Shown here one piece after another: positions 31,663 through 45,131 of a stretch of 49,245 bases of DNA. The first letter of the stretch is position 1; every line of letters begins with the position of its first letter. A model generated the notes under the pieces. The model worked only from the letters and a program-made list of their open reading frames with translations. It ran no database searches and was not told the origin of the DNA. This DNA comes from Rhodobacter sp. (lineage in GTDB: Bacteria; Pseudomonadota; Alphaproteobacteria; Rhodobacterales; Rhodobacteraceae). The DNA is taken from the NCBI GenBank assembly GCA_022340385.1, contig JAJDOB010000145.1, forward strand, positions 1 to 49,245, in the 5' to 3' direction. The position numbers and the translations under genes were made by a program.

Positions 31663-34404
31663 TTGAGCGACACGCCGGAACCTCCTGAGAACAAGGAGGA
31701 AAACTCACCCAAGCGCCCCGTATATGACGGGCCGTCGATCTCGATCTCGGACGAGATGAAATCATCCTATCTCGATTACGCGATGAGCGTGATCGTCAGC
31801 CGGGCGATTCCGGACCTGCGCGACGGCTTGAAACCGGTGCATCGCCGCATCCTGTACGCGATGCACGAAACCGGCAATACCCACGACAAATCCTACCGCA
31901 AATCGGCCCGACCCGTCGGCGACGTCATGGGTAAATACCACCCCCACGGCGACAGCGCGATCTACGACGCACTGGTGCGCATGGCGCAGGATTTCTCGAT
32001 GTCGCTGCCGCTGCTGGATGGCCAGGGCAACTTTGGCAGCATGGACGGCGATAACCCGGCGGCGATGCGCTATACCGAGGTGCGGATGGACAAGCCGGCG
32101 GCCTATCTGTTGGCCGACATCGAAAAAGACACGGTGAATTTCCAGGACAATTACGACGGCAAGGACCTGGAACCCACTGTTTTGCCGGCACGTTTCCCCA
32201 ACATGCTGGTCAACGGCGCTGGCGGTATCGCTGTCGGCATGGCAACCAATATTCCGCCCCATAACCTGGGCGAAGTGGTCGATGCGACGCTGGCGCTGAT
32301 CGAGAACCCGGACCTCGATTCAATCGGGCTGATGGAATATATCCCGGCCCCCGACTTTCCCACCGGCGGCGTCATTCTGGGCCGGTCCGGCGCGCGCAAG
32401 GCCTATATCGAAGGGCGCGGCAGCGTCATCATCCGTGCCAAGACCCGGATCGAGGAGATCCGCAAGGACCGCTATGCGATCATCCTCGACGAGATCCCCT
32501 ATCAGGTGAACAAGGCCACGCTGATCGAAAAGATCGCCGAACTGGCCAAAGAGAAAAAGCTGGAAGGCATCAGCCACGTCCAGGACGAATCCGATCGTGT
32601 CGGCGTGCGGGTCGTGATCGAGTTGAAACGCGATGCCACGGCCGAGGTCGTGCTTAACCAGTTGTTCCGGTTCACGCCGATGCAGACCAGCTTTGGCTGC
32701 AACATGCTGGCGCTGAATGGCGGCCGGCCAGAGCAGCTTACGCTACGCGATTTCCTGAGCTATTTCATAAGCTTCCGAGAGGAAGTTGTTGCGCGCCGCA
32801 CCGCGTTCGACCTGCGCAAGGCGCGCGAGCGCAGCCATGTCCTGTGCGGGTTGGCGGTGGCCGTCAGCAATGTCGACGAGGTTGTCGCGACCATCCGTGC
32901 CTCTGCCGATGCCGCCGAGGCGCGCGAAAAACTGATGGAGCGGCGCTGGCCCGCCGGTGAAATCGCGCCGTTCATCCGGTTGATCGACGACCCCAGCCAT
33001 ACAGTGAACGAGGATGGCACCTACAATCTTTCCGAAATCCAGGCCCGCGCGATCCTGGATCTGCGCCTGCAACGCCTGACCCAGATCGGGGTCAAGGAAG
33101 TTACCGACGAGTTGGAGGAATTGGCAGGCAAGATCAAGGACTTCCTGGCCATTCTTCGTTCGCGTGAGCGGATCATGGAGATCATCAGCACCGAGCTGAA
33201 AGAGGTCAAGGAACTGTTCGCGGTGCCGCGCCGCACCGAGATCGTCGACTGGTCCGGCGATATGGACGACGAAGACCTGATCGAACGCGAAGACATGGTT
33301 GTCACCGTCACATCCGGCGGCTGGATCAAGCGCACGCCCCTGGTTGATTTCCGCGAACAGAAACGCGGCGGCAAGGGTCTTTCGGGGATGGCCACCAAGG
33401 AAGAGGATGTCATCACCACCCTTTTCGTGGCCAATACCCACACGCAGCTGTTGTTCTTCACCACGGACGGGATGGTCTACAAACTGAAGACCTGGCGCCT
33501 GCCCCAGGGCGGACGCACCGCCAAGGGCAAGGCCATCGTCAATATCCTGCCGATTCCGACGGGCGTTTCGATTGCCGCGATCATGCCGGTCGACAAGCCA
33601 GAGGATGAATGGGACGATCTGCAGATCGTCTTTGCCACATCCGACGGCTCGGTGCGGCGCAATGCGCTGAGCGATTTCACCAATGTGCGGTCCAACGGCA
33701 AGATCGCAATGAAACTGCCCGACGATGTCAGCATGGTGAACGCCCGGATCTGCACCGAGGACGATGACGTGATGCTGGTCACGGCAATGGGCCGCGCGAT
33801 CCGGTTCCCGACGACGGATGTGCGCGTGTTCAAGGGCCGCGATTCGACGGGCGTGCGCGGGATCCGGCTGGCCAAGGGCGATCATGTGGTCTCGATGGCC
33901 GTGGTCCGGCATTTCCGCGCCGAGGCGGATGAACGGGCCGCCTATCTGAAGATGCGCCGCGCCGTTGCCGGACTGGCGGATGACGCCGAAGGGCTGGATG
34001 AAGACAGCGATCCGAATGCGACGATCACGCCGGAACGCTATGCGCAGATGTCTGCGGCCGAGGATCTGATCCTGACGCTGACGGCAAAGGGCGCCGGCAA
34101 GCTGAGTTCCAGCCATGACTATCCGGTGCGCGGGCGCGGCGGCCAGGGTGTGGCGGCGATGGACCGTGCAATGCGCGGTGGCCGGCTGGTCGCCAGTTTC
34201 CCGGTCGAGATGGACGATCAGATCATGCTGGTCACTTCGACCGGCCAGTCGATCCGCTGCCCGGTCGATGGCATCAGCTTCCGCTCGCGCGGGGCCGGTG
34301 GCGTCAGGGTGTTCAACACCGCCAAGGGCGAAGAGGTGGTTTCGGTGGCCTGGATCGCAGACCAGGGCGAAGACGAGGACGATTCGGACGCCCGCGAAGC
34401 GTGA
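31663..34404 (+). CDS. gyrA: DNA gyrase subunit A
   Basis: ...[29 protein letters not shown]..., the active-site AAMRYTE, and C-terminal beta-pinwheel repeats. TTG start as in the track. 913 aa. Confidence 0.97.
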   Translation: MSDTPEPPENKEENSPKRPVYDGPSISISDEMKSSYLDYAMSVIVSRAIPDLRDGLKPVHRRILYAMHETGNTHDKSYRKSARPVGDVMGKYHPHGDSAIYDALVRMAQDFSMSLPLLDGQGNFGSMDGDNPAAMRYTEVRMDKPAAYLLADIEKDTVNFQDNYDGKDLEPTVLPARFPNMLVNGAGGIAVGMATNIPPHNLGEVVDATLALIENPDLDSIGLMEYIPAPDFPTGGVILGRSGARKAYIEGRGSVIIRAKTRIEEIRKDRYAIILDEIPYQVNKATLIEKIAELAKEKKLEGISHVQDESDRVGVRVVIELKRDATAEVVLNQLFRFTPMQTSFGCNMLALNGGRPEQLTLRDFLSYFISFREEVVARRTAFDLRKARERSHVLCGLAVAVSNVDEVVATIRASADAAEAREKLMERRWPAGEIAPFIRLIDDPSHTVNEDGTYNLSEIQARAILDLRLQRLTQIGVKEVTDELEELAGKIKDFLAILRSRERIMEIISTELKEVKELFAVPRRTEIVDWSGDMDDEDLIEREDMVVTVTSGGWIKRTPLVDFREQKRGGKGLSGMATKEEDVITTLFVANTHTQLLFFTTDGMVYKLKTWRLPQGGRTAKGKAIVNILPIPTGVSIAAIMPVDKPEDEWDDLQIVFATSDGSVRRNALSDFTNVRSNGKIAMKLPDDVSMVNARICTEDDDVMLVTAMGRAIRFPTTDVRVFKGRDSTGVRGIRLAKGDHVVSMAVVRHFRAEADERAAYLKMRRAVAGLADDAEGLDEDSDPNATITPERYAQMSAAEDLILTLTAKGAGKLSSSHDYPVRGRGGQGVAAMDRAMRGGRLVASFPVEMDDQIMLVTSTGQSIRCPVDGISFRSRGAGGVRVFNTAKGEEVVSVAWIADQGEDEDDSDAREA

Positions 34405-34414
34405 CCCGCGCATC

Positions 34415-34434
34415 ATGGTTAACGAACTGGTAAC
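34415..34434. promoter_or_regulatory. CtrA-type motif (ATGGTTAA = TTAACCAT on the minus strand; TTAA-N7-GTAAC on the plus strand)
   Basis: The sequence is CATGGTTAACGAACTGGTAAC, 11 nt after the gyrA stop. It has the same TTAAC-N6-GTAAC architecture as the site at 18029-18044. Confidence 0.4.
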
Positions 34435-34544
34435 AACACCGTGATCTTGCGGCTTCTGTTTCGACGCAGGAAAACCGCGCGCGCCCCGGGGGTGACGTGT
34501 GACGGCGCGTCATTTTGCGTATCTCAACTTAAAACCGCGATTTT

Positions 34545-34574
34545 CCGGGCAATTTAACCGTTTGCCCGGTTTCT
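34545..34574 (+). terminator. terminator-like hairpin in the gyrA-downstream spacer
   Basis: CCGGGCAA-TTTAACCGT-TTGCCCGG, an 8-bp perfect stem, is followed by TTTCT. It lies 141 nt after the gyrA stop and 88 nt before the next CDS. Confidence 0.45.
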
Positions 34575-34661
34575 GCCGTATTCCCGCCCGGGGTGCGCCA
34601 CAGGTGGTTGGGCAACTGAGTCGCACGAGTTGATGTTCACGCCGCCTGGGGAGGCTACACA

Positions 34662-35324
34662 ATGCACGCTGATCGCACATTTCGCCCGACATATTACGGC
34701 TCTGCTGTTTCCAGAACCGTCCTGTCAGTGGTCCGTATCCTGATCGCTTCGTATTTTCTGGCCACCGCGACCGGCCTGGTGTTCGAACCCGGCAGCCGAA
34801 CCTTTCTGGATGCCGTTCTGCCGGCGGATCAGGCGCAGGTTGCAACCACGACCTACCTGTTTGTCACCGCCTTCGCGATCATGGTCGGGTTTGCGGTGCG
34901 CCCGGCGGCGCTGCTGCTGGCCGTCTACATCTTCTGGTCGGGCTTCCTGCATTATGATTTTGGCGGCGGCCCCGAGGCGCTGGCGGTTTTCTGGCGTGAC
35001 ATGGCGTTGCTGGGCTCGATCCTGCTGATCGCCGTGACCGAGCCGGGCGGTTCCAAATCGCTTCGGATCTGGGCGCGCCCGGTTGCCCCGCGCCGGATCG
35101 CCGCCGAAAGCGCATCGCAAATGAAGTTCGCAACCAAGCGCCCTGCCCGCCCGGCGCCCGCAGCCTCCGACATGGCGCGCGACGCGATCATGTCGGGCAG
35201 GATATCGGTGCTCGACGCACCCAACAGCTTTGCCGATCTTGGAAGCGCAGAGGACGACGGCGAGGTTGACAACATCTTTGCCGGTGCCTGGGACCGGAAC
35301 CGCTTTACCGCAAACGCGGCCTGA
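34662..35324 (+). CDS. hypothetical membrane protein (DoxX-like N-terminal TM bundle + disordered C-tail)
   Basis: GGGGAGG SD 9 nt upstream. Three to four TM segments ([21 protein letters not shown]; [18 protein letters not shown]; [14 protein letters not shown]; [12 protein letters not shown]) are followed by an ~85-aa hydrophilic tail. Confidence 0.6.
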   Translation: MHADRTFRPTYYGSAVSRTVLSVVRILIASYFLATATGLVFEPGSRTFLDAVLPADQAQVATTTYLFVTAFAIMVGFAVRPAALLLAVYIFWSGFLHYDFGGGPEALAVFWRDMALLGSILLIAVTEPGGSKSLRIWARPVAPRRIAAESASQMKFATKRPARPAPAASDMARDAIMSGRISVLDAPNSFADLGSAEDDGEVDNIFAGAWDRNRFTANAA

Positions 35325-35365
35325 CACCTTCCCTTCCTGCGCCCGGTGTCCTAAACCCCGGGCGC

Positions 35366-36718
35366 ATGAGCATACCTCTCAATATCGTTGGCGGCGGCAT
35401 GGCCGGGTCCGAAGCCGCCTGGCAGGCCGCCCAGATGGGCATCGACGTGGTGATCCACGAGATGCGACCCAAGGTCGGCACATTTGCGCATCAGACCGGC
35501 AACCTGGCCGAAATGGTCTGCTCCAATTCTTTTCGATCCGATGATGACGAGCAGAACGCCGTCGGCCTGCTGCATTGGGAAATGCGTGCCGCCGGGGGCC
35601 TCATCATGGCGATGGCCGATGCCCACGCGCTGCCCGCCGGTGGCGCGCTGGCAGTGGATCGCGAACCTTTCGCACAATCCGTCACCGACCGTCTGCGCGC
35701 CCATCCCCGCATCACCATAGCCGAGGCAGAGATCACCGGATTGCCGCGCGACGGGCAATGGATTTTCGCCACCGGCCCGTTGACATCCGCGGCGCTGGCC
35801 GATGCGATCCGCGCCGAAACCGGGGCCGATGCGCTGGCGTTCTTCGATGCCATCGCGCCGATCGTCTATGCCGACAGCATCGACATGTCGAAGGCCTGGT
35901 TCCAGTCGCGCTATGACAAGGGCGAGACAGAGGAAGACCGCAAGGCCTATCTCAATTGCCCGCTGGACAAGCCGCAATACGAGGCCTTCATCGACGCGCT
36001 GCTGGCCGCCGACAAGGCCGAGTTCAGGGAGGGCGAAACCGCCGGCTATTTCGACGGCTGCCTGCCGATCGAGGTGATGGCGGCGCGGGGCCGCGAGACC
36101 CTGCGCCACGGACCGATGAAGCCGGTCGGGCTGACCAACCCGCACCAGCCTGACGTCAAGGCGCATGCCATCGTGCAGCTGCGGCGCGACAACAAACTGG
36201 GCACCCTGCTGAACATCGTCGGCTTTCAGACCAAGATGAAATACGGCGCGCAAGCCGACGTGTTGCGGATGATTCCGGGTCTGGAGAATGCGAAATTCGC
36301 CCGGCTTGGCGGTATCCACCGCAATACATTCCTGAATTCCCCGACATTACTTGACGCCCGGATGCGTTTGAAATCGCAACCGAATATCCGGTTTGCAGGG
36401 CAAATCACCGGGGTCGAGGGCTATGTCGAATCCGCCGCGATGGGCCTGCTGGCCGGGCGGATGGCGGCGGCCGAAATTCTGGGGCAGTCGCTGGACACCC
36501 CGCCCGATGTCACCGCGATGGGCGCGCTTGTGACCCATATCACCGGCGGCGCCGAGGCCAAGACGTTCCAGCCGATGAACGTCAATTTCGGGCTGTTCCC
36601 GCCGGTCGACATGAAGGGCGGACGCCGCAACCGACCGGCGCGCTACAAGGCCTATACCGACCGGGCCAAGGCGGCCTGGACCGGCTGGCTGGCACAATCG
36701 GTACTGGACGCCGCCTGA
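35366..36718 (+). CDS. trmFO: methylenetetrahydrofolate--tRNA-(uracil54-C5)-methyltransferase TrmFO
   Basis: FAD motif [15 protein letters not shown], ...[11 protein letters not shown]... and ...[22 protein letters not shown].... 450 aa. Confidence 0.93.
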   Translation: MSIPLNIVGGGMAGSEAAWQAAQMGIDVVIHEMRPKVGTFAHQTGNLAEMVCSNSFRSDDDEQNAVGLLHWEMRAAGGLIMAMADAHALPAGGALAVDREPFAQSVTDRLRAHPRITIAEAEITGLPRDGQWIFATGPLTSAALADAIRAETGADALAFFDAIAPIVYADSIDMSKAWFQSRYDKGETEEDRKAYLNCPLDKPQYEAFIDALLAADKAEFREGETAGYFDGCLPIEVMAARGRETLRHGPMKPVGLTNPHQPDVKAHAIVQLRRDNKLGTLLNIVGFQTKMKYGAQADVLRMIPGLENAKFARLGGIHRNTFLNSPTLLDARMRLKSQPNIRFAGQITGVEGYVESAAMGLLAGRMAAAEILGQSLDTPPDVTAMGALVTHITGGAEAKTFQPMNVNFGLFPPVDMKGGRRNRPARYKAYTDRAKAAWTGWLAQSVLDAA

Positions 36719-36740
36719 GCCGTCAGATTACCGTTGCGCC

Positions 36741-37349
36741 ATGACCGAGAAAAAATTCCTGAACGAGGTCTATGATCTCGCGAGCCCGGACGCGACGCGC
36801 AAACTTTATGACAGTTGGTCGGCCAGTTACGATGCCGAGATCGCGGAAAACGGCTATGCCACCCCGGCCCGGGTGGCAGAGGCGCTGGCGCGCCATGTCG
36901 CCGACACCTCTGCGCCGATCCTTGATTTCGGTTGCGGAACAGGGCTTTCCGGCGTGGCGTTGAAGCTGGCGGGCTTTCAGGTCATCGACGGGGCCGATCT
37001 TTCGGCAGACATGCTGAAAGGGGCCAAGGCCAAGGGCGTCTACCGCAAACTCTGGCAGGTCGAGGCCGGCGCGCAGGTGCCGGCAGGTTACGGCGCGATC
37101 ACGGCGACCGGGGTGATCGGCGTCGGCGCCGCGCCACCCGAGGCCTTCGATCAGATCATGGCCGCGCTCGCCCCCGGCGGCCGGTTCGCGCTAAGCTTCA
37201 ACGATCATGCCCTTGCCGATCCGGTGTTCGAGGGCAAGCTGCACAGCTACACGGACACCGGCAAGGCGCGACTGCTGTTTCAGGAATATGGCACCCACCT
37301 GCCCGGCATCGACTTGAAGTCCAACGTCTACGTCTTTGAAAAGACGTGA
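36741..37349 (+). CDS. class I SAM-dependent methyltransferase (substrate unknown)
   Basis: SAM motif I ILDFGCGTGLSG and motif post-I DGADLSADML. 202 aa. Its stop overlaps the gluQ GTG start (GTGA). Confidence 0.8.
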   Translation: MTEKKFLNEVYDLASPDATRKLYDSWSASYDAEIAENGYATPARVAEALARHVADTSAPILDFGCGTGLSGVALKLAGFQVIDGADLSADMLKGAKAKGVYRKLWQVEAGAQVPAGYGAITATGVIGVGAAPPEAFDQIMAALAPGGRFALSFNDHALADPVFEGKLHSYTDTGKARLLFQEYGTHLPGIDLKSNVYVFEKT

Positions 37350-38194
37350 GTTACGTCACCCGCTTCGCGCCCAGCCCGACCGGGCCGCTGCATCTGGGTC
37401 ACGCCTATTCGGCGCTGACGGCCTGGTCGCGCGCACGCGATAACGACGGGGTCTGCCTGCTGCGGATCGAAGATATCGACCAGACCCGAAGCCGGCCGGA
37501 ATTCGAGCGTCAGATCCACGATGACCTGCATTGGCTGGGGCTGGACTGGCCCGTGCCCGTGATGCGCCAGTCGGATCGGTTTGACGCATATCGCGCCGCG
37601 CTGGACCGGCTGGCCGGGCTTGGCCTGTGCTATCCCTGCCGGTGCACCCGTGGCGACATTCGCGCCGTACTGTCGGCACCGCAGGAAGGCGCGCGGCCGC
37701 CCGGCCCCGATGGAGTGATCTACCCGGGCACCTGCCGGACGCGCGAAATGTCAGAGGCAACCGCGACCGACGCCATCCGCCTGAACATCGCCGCAGCGAT
37801 GGACCATCTGGGCGTGGCGCCAAAGTTCACAGAGAACGGCCCGATCCATCATGGGCCACACGAATTGTCGGTTTCGGCCGCGCGGGGCGAAATCGGCGAC
37901 ATCGTTCTGGCGCGCCGTGATATCGGGACATCGTATCACCTGGCGGTGGTGGTCGATGATGCCAAACAAGACGTCACCGAAATCGTGCGCGGTGCCGACC
38001 TTTTCACCGCCACCTTCATTCATATCCTGTTGCAGGACTTGCTTGAGCTTCCAAGGACAACATACTGGCATCACGACTTAATTCGAGATGAGAATGGCAG
38101 ACGACTGGCCAAGCGCGATGACGCGCGGGCCATTGCGGCCTATCGCGAAAACGGCATGACACCGCAACAGGTTCGCGCCATGGTCGGCCTTTAG
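37346..38194 (+). CDS. gluQ: tRNA glutamyl-Q(34) synthetase (GluQRS)
   Basis: A truncated GluRS-like catalytic domain, RFAPSPTGPLHLGHAYSAL (HIGH), with a Zn-binding CxC...YPGTC cluster and no anticodon-binding domain (282 aa). Confidence 0.9.
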   Translation: MSYVTRFAPSPTGPLHLGHAYSALTAWSRARDNDGVCLLRIEDIDQTRSRPEFERQIHDDLHWLGLDWPVPVMRQSDRFDAYRAALDRLAGLGLCYPCRCTRGDIRAVLSAPQEGARPPGPDGVIYPGTCRTREMSEATATDAIRLNIAAAMDHLGVAPKFTENGPIHHGPHELSVSAARGEIGDIVLARRDIGTSYHLAVVVDDAKQDVTEIVRGADLFTATFIHILLQDLLELPRTTYWHHDLIRDENGRRLAKRDDARAIAAYRENGMTPQQVRAMVGL

Positions 38195-38292
38195 AGCGCA
38201 ATCCGAAAAGTGGGAACCGGTTTTCGGAATGAATTGCGCGCAAAAAAGAAGGCTGGAGCGGCCCCGCCGACTCACATTGAAAGGACGCCGCT

Positions 38293-38652
38293 CTAGCCGA
38301 TTGGCGTCATCAGTTCGGTCTCTTCCCCGTTCCCGACGGACGTGTAGAAACAGGACCGCCGGTTGGTGTGACAGGCCGGCCCGGTCTGGCGCACAACCGC
38401 CAACAGGCAATCGCGATCGCAATCGAGGCGCAGATCGACCAGTTCCTGCGTATGGCCAGAGGTTTCGCCCTTGATCCAGAACGCCTGACGCGAGCGCGAC
38501 CAATAGGTCACCCGCCGGGTCTGCAGCGTCTTGCCGACCGCCGCGGCGTTCATCCAGGCCAGCATCAACACCTCGCCAGAGCCCGCATCCTGCGCGATGA
38601 CCGGCAGCAGCCCCTGATCGTTATAGACCAATGTCGCGGGATCGAACCCCAT
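38293..38652 (-). CDS. hisI: phosphoribosyl-AMP cyclohydrolase
   Basis: ...LLPVIAQDAGSGEVLMLAWMN...YWSRSRQAFWIKGETSGHTQ...DCDRDCLL...CH..RRSCF. 119 aa, monofunctional HisI. Confidence 0.93.
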   Translation of the reverse strand: MGFDPATLVYNDQGLLPVIAQDAGSGEVLMLAWMNAAAVGKTLQTRRVTYWSRSRQAFWIKGETSGHTQELVDLRLDCDRDCLLAVVRQTGPACHTNRRSCFYTSVGNGEETELMTPIG

Positions 38653-38717
38653 GGGTTTTCCTTTTCAAGCGGCGGACACGCCCCTATGTAGGGAATTGCA
38701 CAGCGTGAGAAAACCCA

Positions 38718-39166
38718 TGAGCGACGGCGATCTGATAAAGCTTTATTCCGGCCGGATTCTGGAACTGGCCGCCGATATTCCGCTGACCGAGCGGCTGGCC
38801 AATCCGCAGGCGACGGTCAAGAAACGCTCGCCCCTGTGCGGCTCGACCGTGACGGTGGATTTGACGCTGCGTGATGGCCGGATCGCCGACTACGGCCAGG
38901 ACGTGAAGGCCTGCGCGCTGGGTCAGGCGGCGGCCTCGGTCGTGGGGGCGAATATTCTGGGCCGCAGCCGCGCCGAGGTGGAAACCGCACGCGACCAGTT
39001 GAAGGCGATGCTGAAATCCGACGGCCCGGTGCCGGATGCGCCGTTCGACGGGTTGCAAGTGCTGTTGCCGGCAAAGGATTTCAAGAACCGCCACGCGTCG
39101 ATCATGCTGACCCTCGAGGCCGCGTCCGAGGCGATGGCGCAAGCCGAAAAATCGGCCTGCGCCTGA
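38718..39166 (+). CDS. iron-sulfur cluster assembly scaffold protein (NifU/IscU N-terminal-like)
   Basis: MSDGDLIKLYSGRILELAADIP...SPLCGSTVTVDL...DVKACALGQAAASVVG.... The preferred start is ATG at 38718; the track ORF from 38651 overlaps the hisI start. Confidence 0.75.
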
Positions 39167-39190
39167 TCGCCTCTCCCCCGGTCAAGGACG

Positions 39191-39227
39191 AAAAAAACCG
39201 CCGCCTTCGGGGACACGAAGGCGGCGG
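39191..39227 (-). terminator. strong rho-independent terminator (minus-strand orientation)
   Basis: On the minus strand, CCGCCGCCTTCG-TGTCCC-CGAAGGCGGCGG (a 12-bp perfect stem) is followed by TTTTTTT. It terminates the transcript that carries the small ORF at 39370-39492. Confidence 0.75.
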
Positions 39228-39369
39228 CAGTGGCGTCTGTTCGTTGGGACGGACCGTATCGCGGGGCGATGGCAATCGCCCTGGGCCGGGGACAGGCAGT
39301 CGGCCGATTTCGCGTCGACTATGGGGACAGGGACGCGCGCGGGGTCGGAAAACAGAACGCAGGCAGAAG

Positions 39370-39492
39370 TTAAGACAAACCGGGCAGATGCAGACCGATC
39401 ACCAGCATCAGAACCAGCGCGGCAGCGCCGGCGAAATCCTGCACCAGCGTGTCGCCGGAACGGATTACGATATCTTTCAGGTCCTTGATCAT
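39370..39492 (-). CDS. unannotated 40-aa tail-anchored small membrane protein (candidate SOS-regulated peptide)
   Basis: Hand translation gives MIKDLKDIVIRSGDTLVQDFAGAAALVLMLVIGLHLPGLS*. A GAGAGG SD lies 9 nt upstream. About 29 of 40 codons end in G or C, consistent with genomic codon bias. A single C-terminal TM segment. The ORF is below the 60-aa cut-off of the ORF track. It has an SOS box upstream and its own terminator downstream. Confidence 0.5.
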   Translation of the reverse strand: MIKDLKDIVIRSGDTLVQDFAGAAALVLMLVIGLHLPGLS

Positions 39493-39554
39493 GGCGGGCG
39501 GCCTCTCAACTTGTTTGTTGCCCCTTTGTTCTCAAATTCGTTTCAAATTGTAAA

Positions 39555-39579
39555 GAACTTTTTAGGAACATTTGTGAAC
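39555..39579 (-). promoter_or_regulatory. alphaproteobacterial SOS (LexA) box, GTTC-N7-GTTC, with a third GTTC repeat
   Basis: The minus strand reads GTTC-ACAAAT-GTTC-CTAAAAA-GTTC, immediately followed by a -35-like TTTACA. The plus strand reads GAAC-TTTTTAG-GAAC (39555-39569). It lies between the recG stop (39598) and the small ORF start (39492). Confidence 0.55.
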
Positions 39580-39597
39580 AAAATGTTACGGAATCAG

Positions 39598-43919
<4,322 letters not shown>

Positions 43920-44633
43920 TCAGGCGCCGATGGCAATCCGTTCGTTCATCTCTGCCGGTTCGGGATCGCGCAACACATAGCCACGCCCCCAGACCGTTTC
44001 GATGTAGTTGTCGCCGCCCGTGGCCCGCGCCAGTTTCTTGCGCAGCTTGCAGATGAACACGTCGATAATCTTCAGTTCCGGCTCATCCATTCCGCCATAC
44101 AGGTGATTGAGGAACATTTCCTTGGTCAGCGTCGTTCCCTTGCGCAGCGACAGCAATTCCAGCATCTGATATTCCTTGCCGGTCAGATGCACCGATTTTC
44201 CGGCCACTTCGACCGTCTTCGCGTCCAGGTTGACGTCGACCAGACCGGTCTTGATGATCGATTGCGAGTGGCCTTTCGACCTGCGGATGATCGCGTGAAT
44301 GCGTGCGACCAGCTCTTCCCGGTGGAACGGCTTGGTCAGGTAATCATCGGCCCCGAACCCGAAACCTTTCAGTTTGTTTTCGGTGTCATCCGCGCCCGAA
44401 AGAATCAGGATCGGTGTTTCGATTCGCGCCAGACGCAGCTGTCGCAGCACATCATGGCCATTCATATCAGGTAAATTCAGATCAAGTAGAATCAAATCGT
44501 AATCATACAGCTTTGCCAGATCGATTCCCTCTTCGCCGAGATCGGTCGCATAGACGTTCAGATTTGCGTGGGTCAGCATCAATTCGATACTGCGCGACGT
44601 TGTAGGATCATCCTCTACCAACAGCACACGCAT
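43920..44633 (-). CDS. ctrA: cell-cycle response regulator CtrA
   Basis: [60 protein letters not shown]...[43 protein letters not shown]...[13 protein letters not shown] is nearly identical to the Rhodobacterales CtrA as I recall it. GGAG lies 8 nt before this ATG. The N-terminal extension in the track ORF (to 44804) is rejected. Confidence 0.95.
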   Translation of the reverse strand: MRVLLVEDDPTTSRSIELMLTHANLNVYATDLGEEGIDLAKLYDYDLILLDLNLPDMNGHDVLRQLRLARIETPILILSGADDTENKLKGFGFGADDYLTKPFHREELVARIHAIIRRSKGHSQSIIKTGLVDVNLDAKTVEVAGKSVHLTGKEYQMLELLSLRKGTTLTKEMFLNHLYGGMDEPELKIIDVFICKLRKKLARATGGDNYIETVWGRGYVLRDPEPAEMNERIAIGA

Positions 44634-44686
44634 TTTCATAACTCCGAGTGGTTCACTTGCATTAACATTACTTTGGCGAGTAAAGG

Positions 44687-44701
44687 TTAACGTGCCGTTA
44701 C
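44687..44701. promoter_or_regulatory. CtrA-box-like direct repeat in the ctrA promoter (TTAA-N7-TTAC, followed by CAT)
   Basis: GGTTAACGTGCCGTTACCATG lies 54-68 bp upstream of the ctrA ATG. It is one mismatch from TTAA-N7-TTAA, and GTTACCAT is one mismatch from TTAACCAT. Confidence 0.4.
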
Positions 44702-44728
44702 CATGTCGCAAGGGAGGTATTATTCGCG

Positions 44729-45007
44729 TCAGGATTGTCGATATTTTTGTAACGCCGTCGCCTTCAGGGCGGCTTCGCCGTAGGTTTCCACGGCGCTGCG
44801 CCATTCGCCGAACTCATCCTCGCTGAGCCCGTACATTTCCAGCGCCTCGCCTTGTGGCAACAGCCCGTAGGTCACCGCCTTGACCACCGCGGCCTTGCGG
44901 CTGGCCACCCAGCGGCGGGTTTTCGGCGACGGCAGATCCGCGCGCGACAGGGTTGTGCCATTTGGCAGGGTCACGGTTCGTGGCCCGTCTATCTTTCGCA
45001 GGTACAT
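44729..45007 (-). CDS. sciP: DUF1153 protein, SciP-like small CtrA-associated transcription factor
   Basis: 92 aa, ...[71 protein letters not shown].... The DUF1153/SciP pattern is recalled from memory. The position immediately upstream of ctrA matches what is reported for Rhodobacter capsulatus. Confidence 0.65.
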   Translation of the reverse strand: MYLRKIDGPRTVTLPNGTTLSRADLPSPKTRRWVASRKAAVVKAVTYGLLPQGEALEMYGLSEDEFGEWRSAVETYGEAALKATALQKYRQS

Positions 45008-45131
45008 CTTTCTTTCCCTCGCAGCCTACCCGCGGGCACCATCGCCCCCGATGGCTTAATAGGGCGTGAAACCAGGCCTTGAGAATAGGTCGGATTTTCC
45101 TATATTCCGTCGATACTTTAAGGAGATGTTC

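Noticed and set aside
38197-38250. Bulged 13-bp stem (CGCAATCCGAAAA ... TTTTCGG-AATGA-ATTGCG) followed by AAAAAAGAAG, between the convergent gluQ and hisI genes
   Set aside because: It is most simply a shared or bidirectional terminator region; the T-run is on the hisI strand. It is not distinctive enough to list as a separate regulatory finding, and the exact stem boundaries are ambiguous.
44634-44804. N-terminal extension of the ctrA ORF (track start 44804), which overlaps the DUF1153 gene
   Set aside because: CtrA homologues start at MRxLLVEDD. GGAG is correctly spaced before ATG 44633. The extension would overlap the sciP-like CDS in another frame and contains the promoter motifs.
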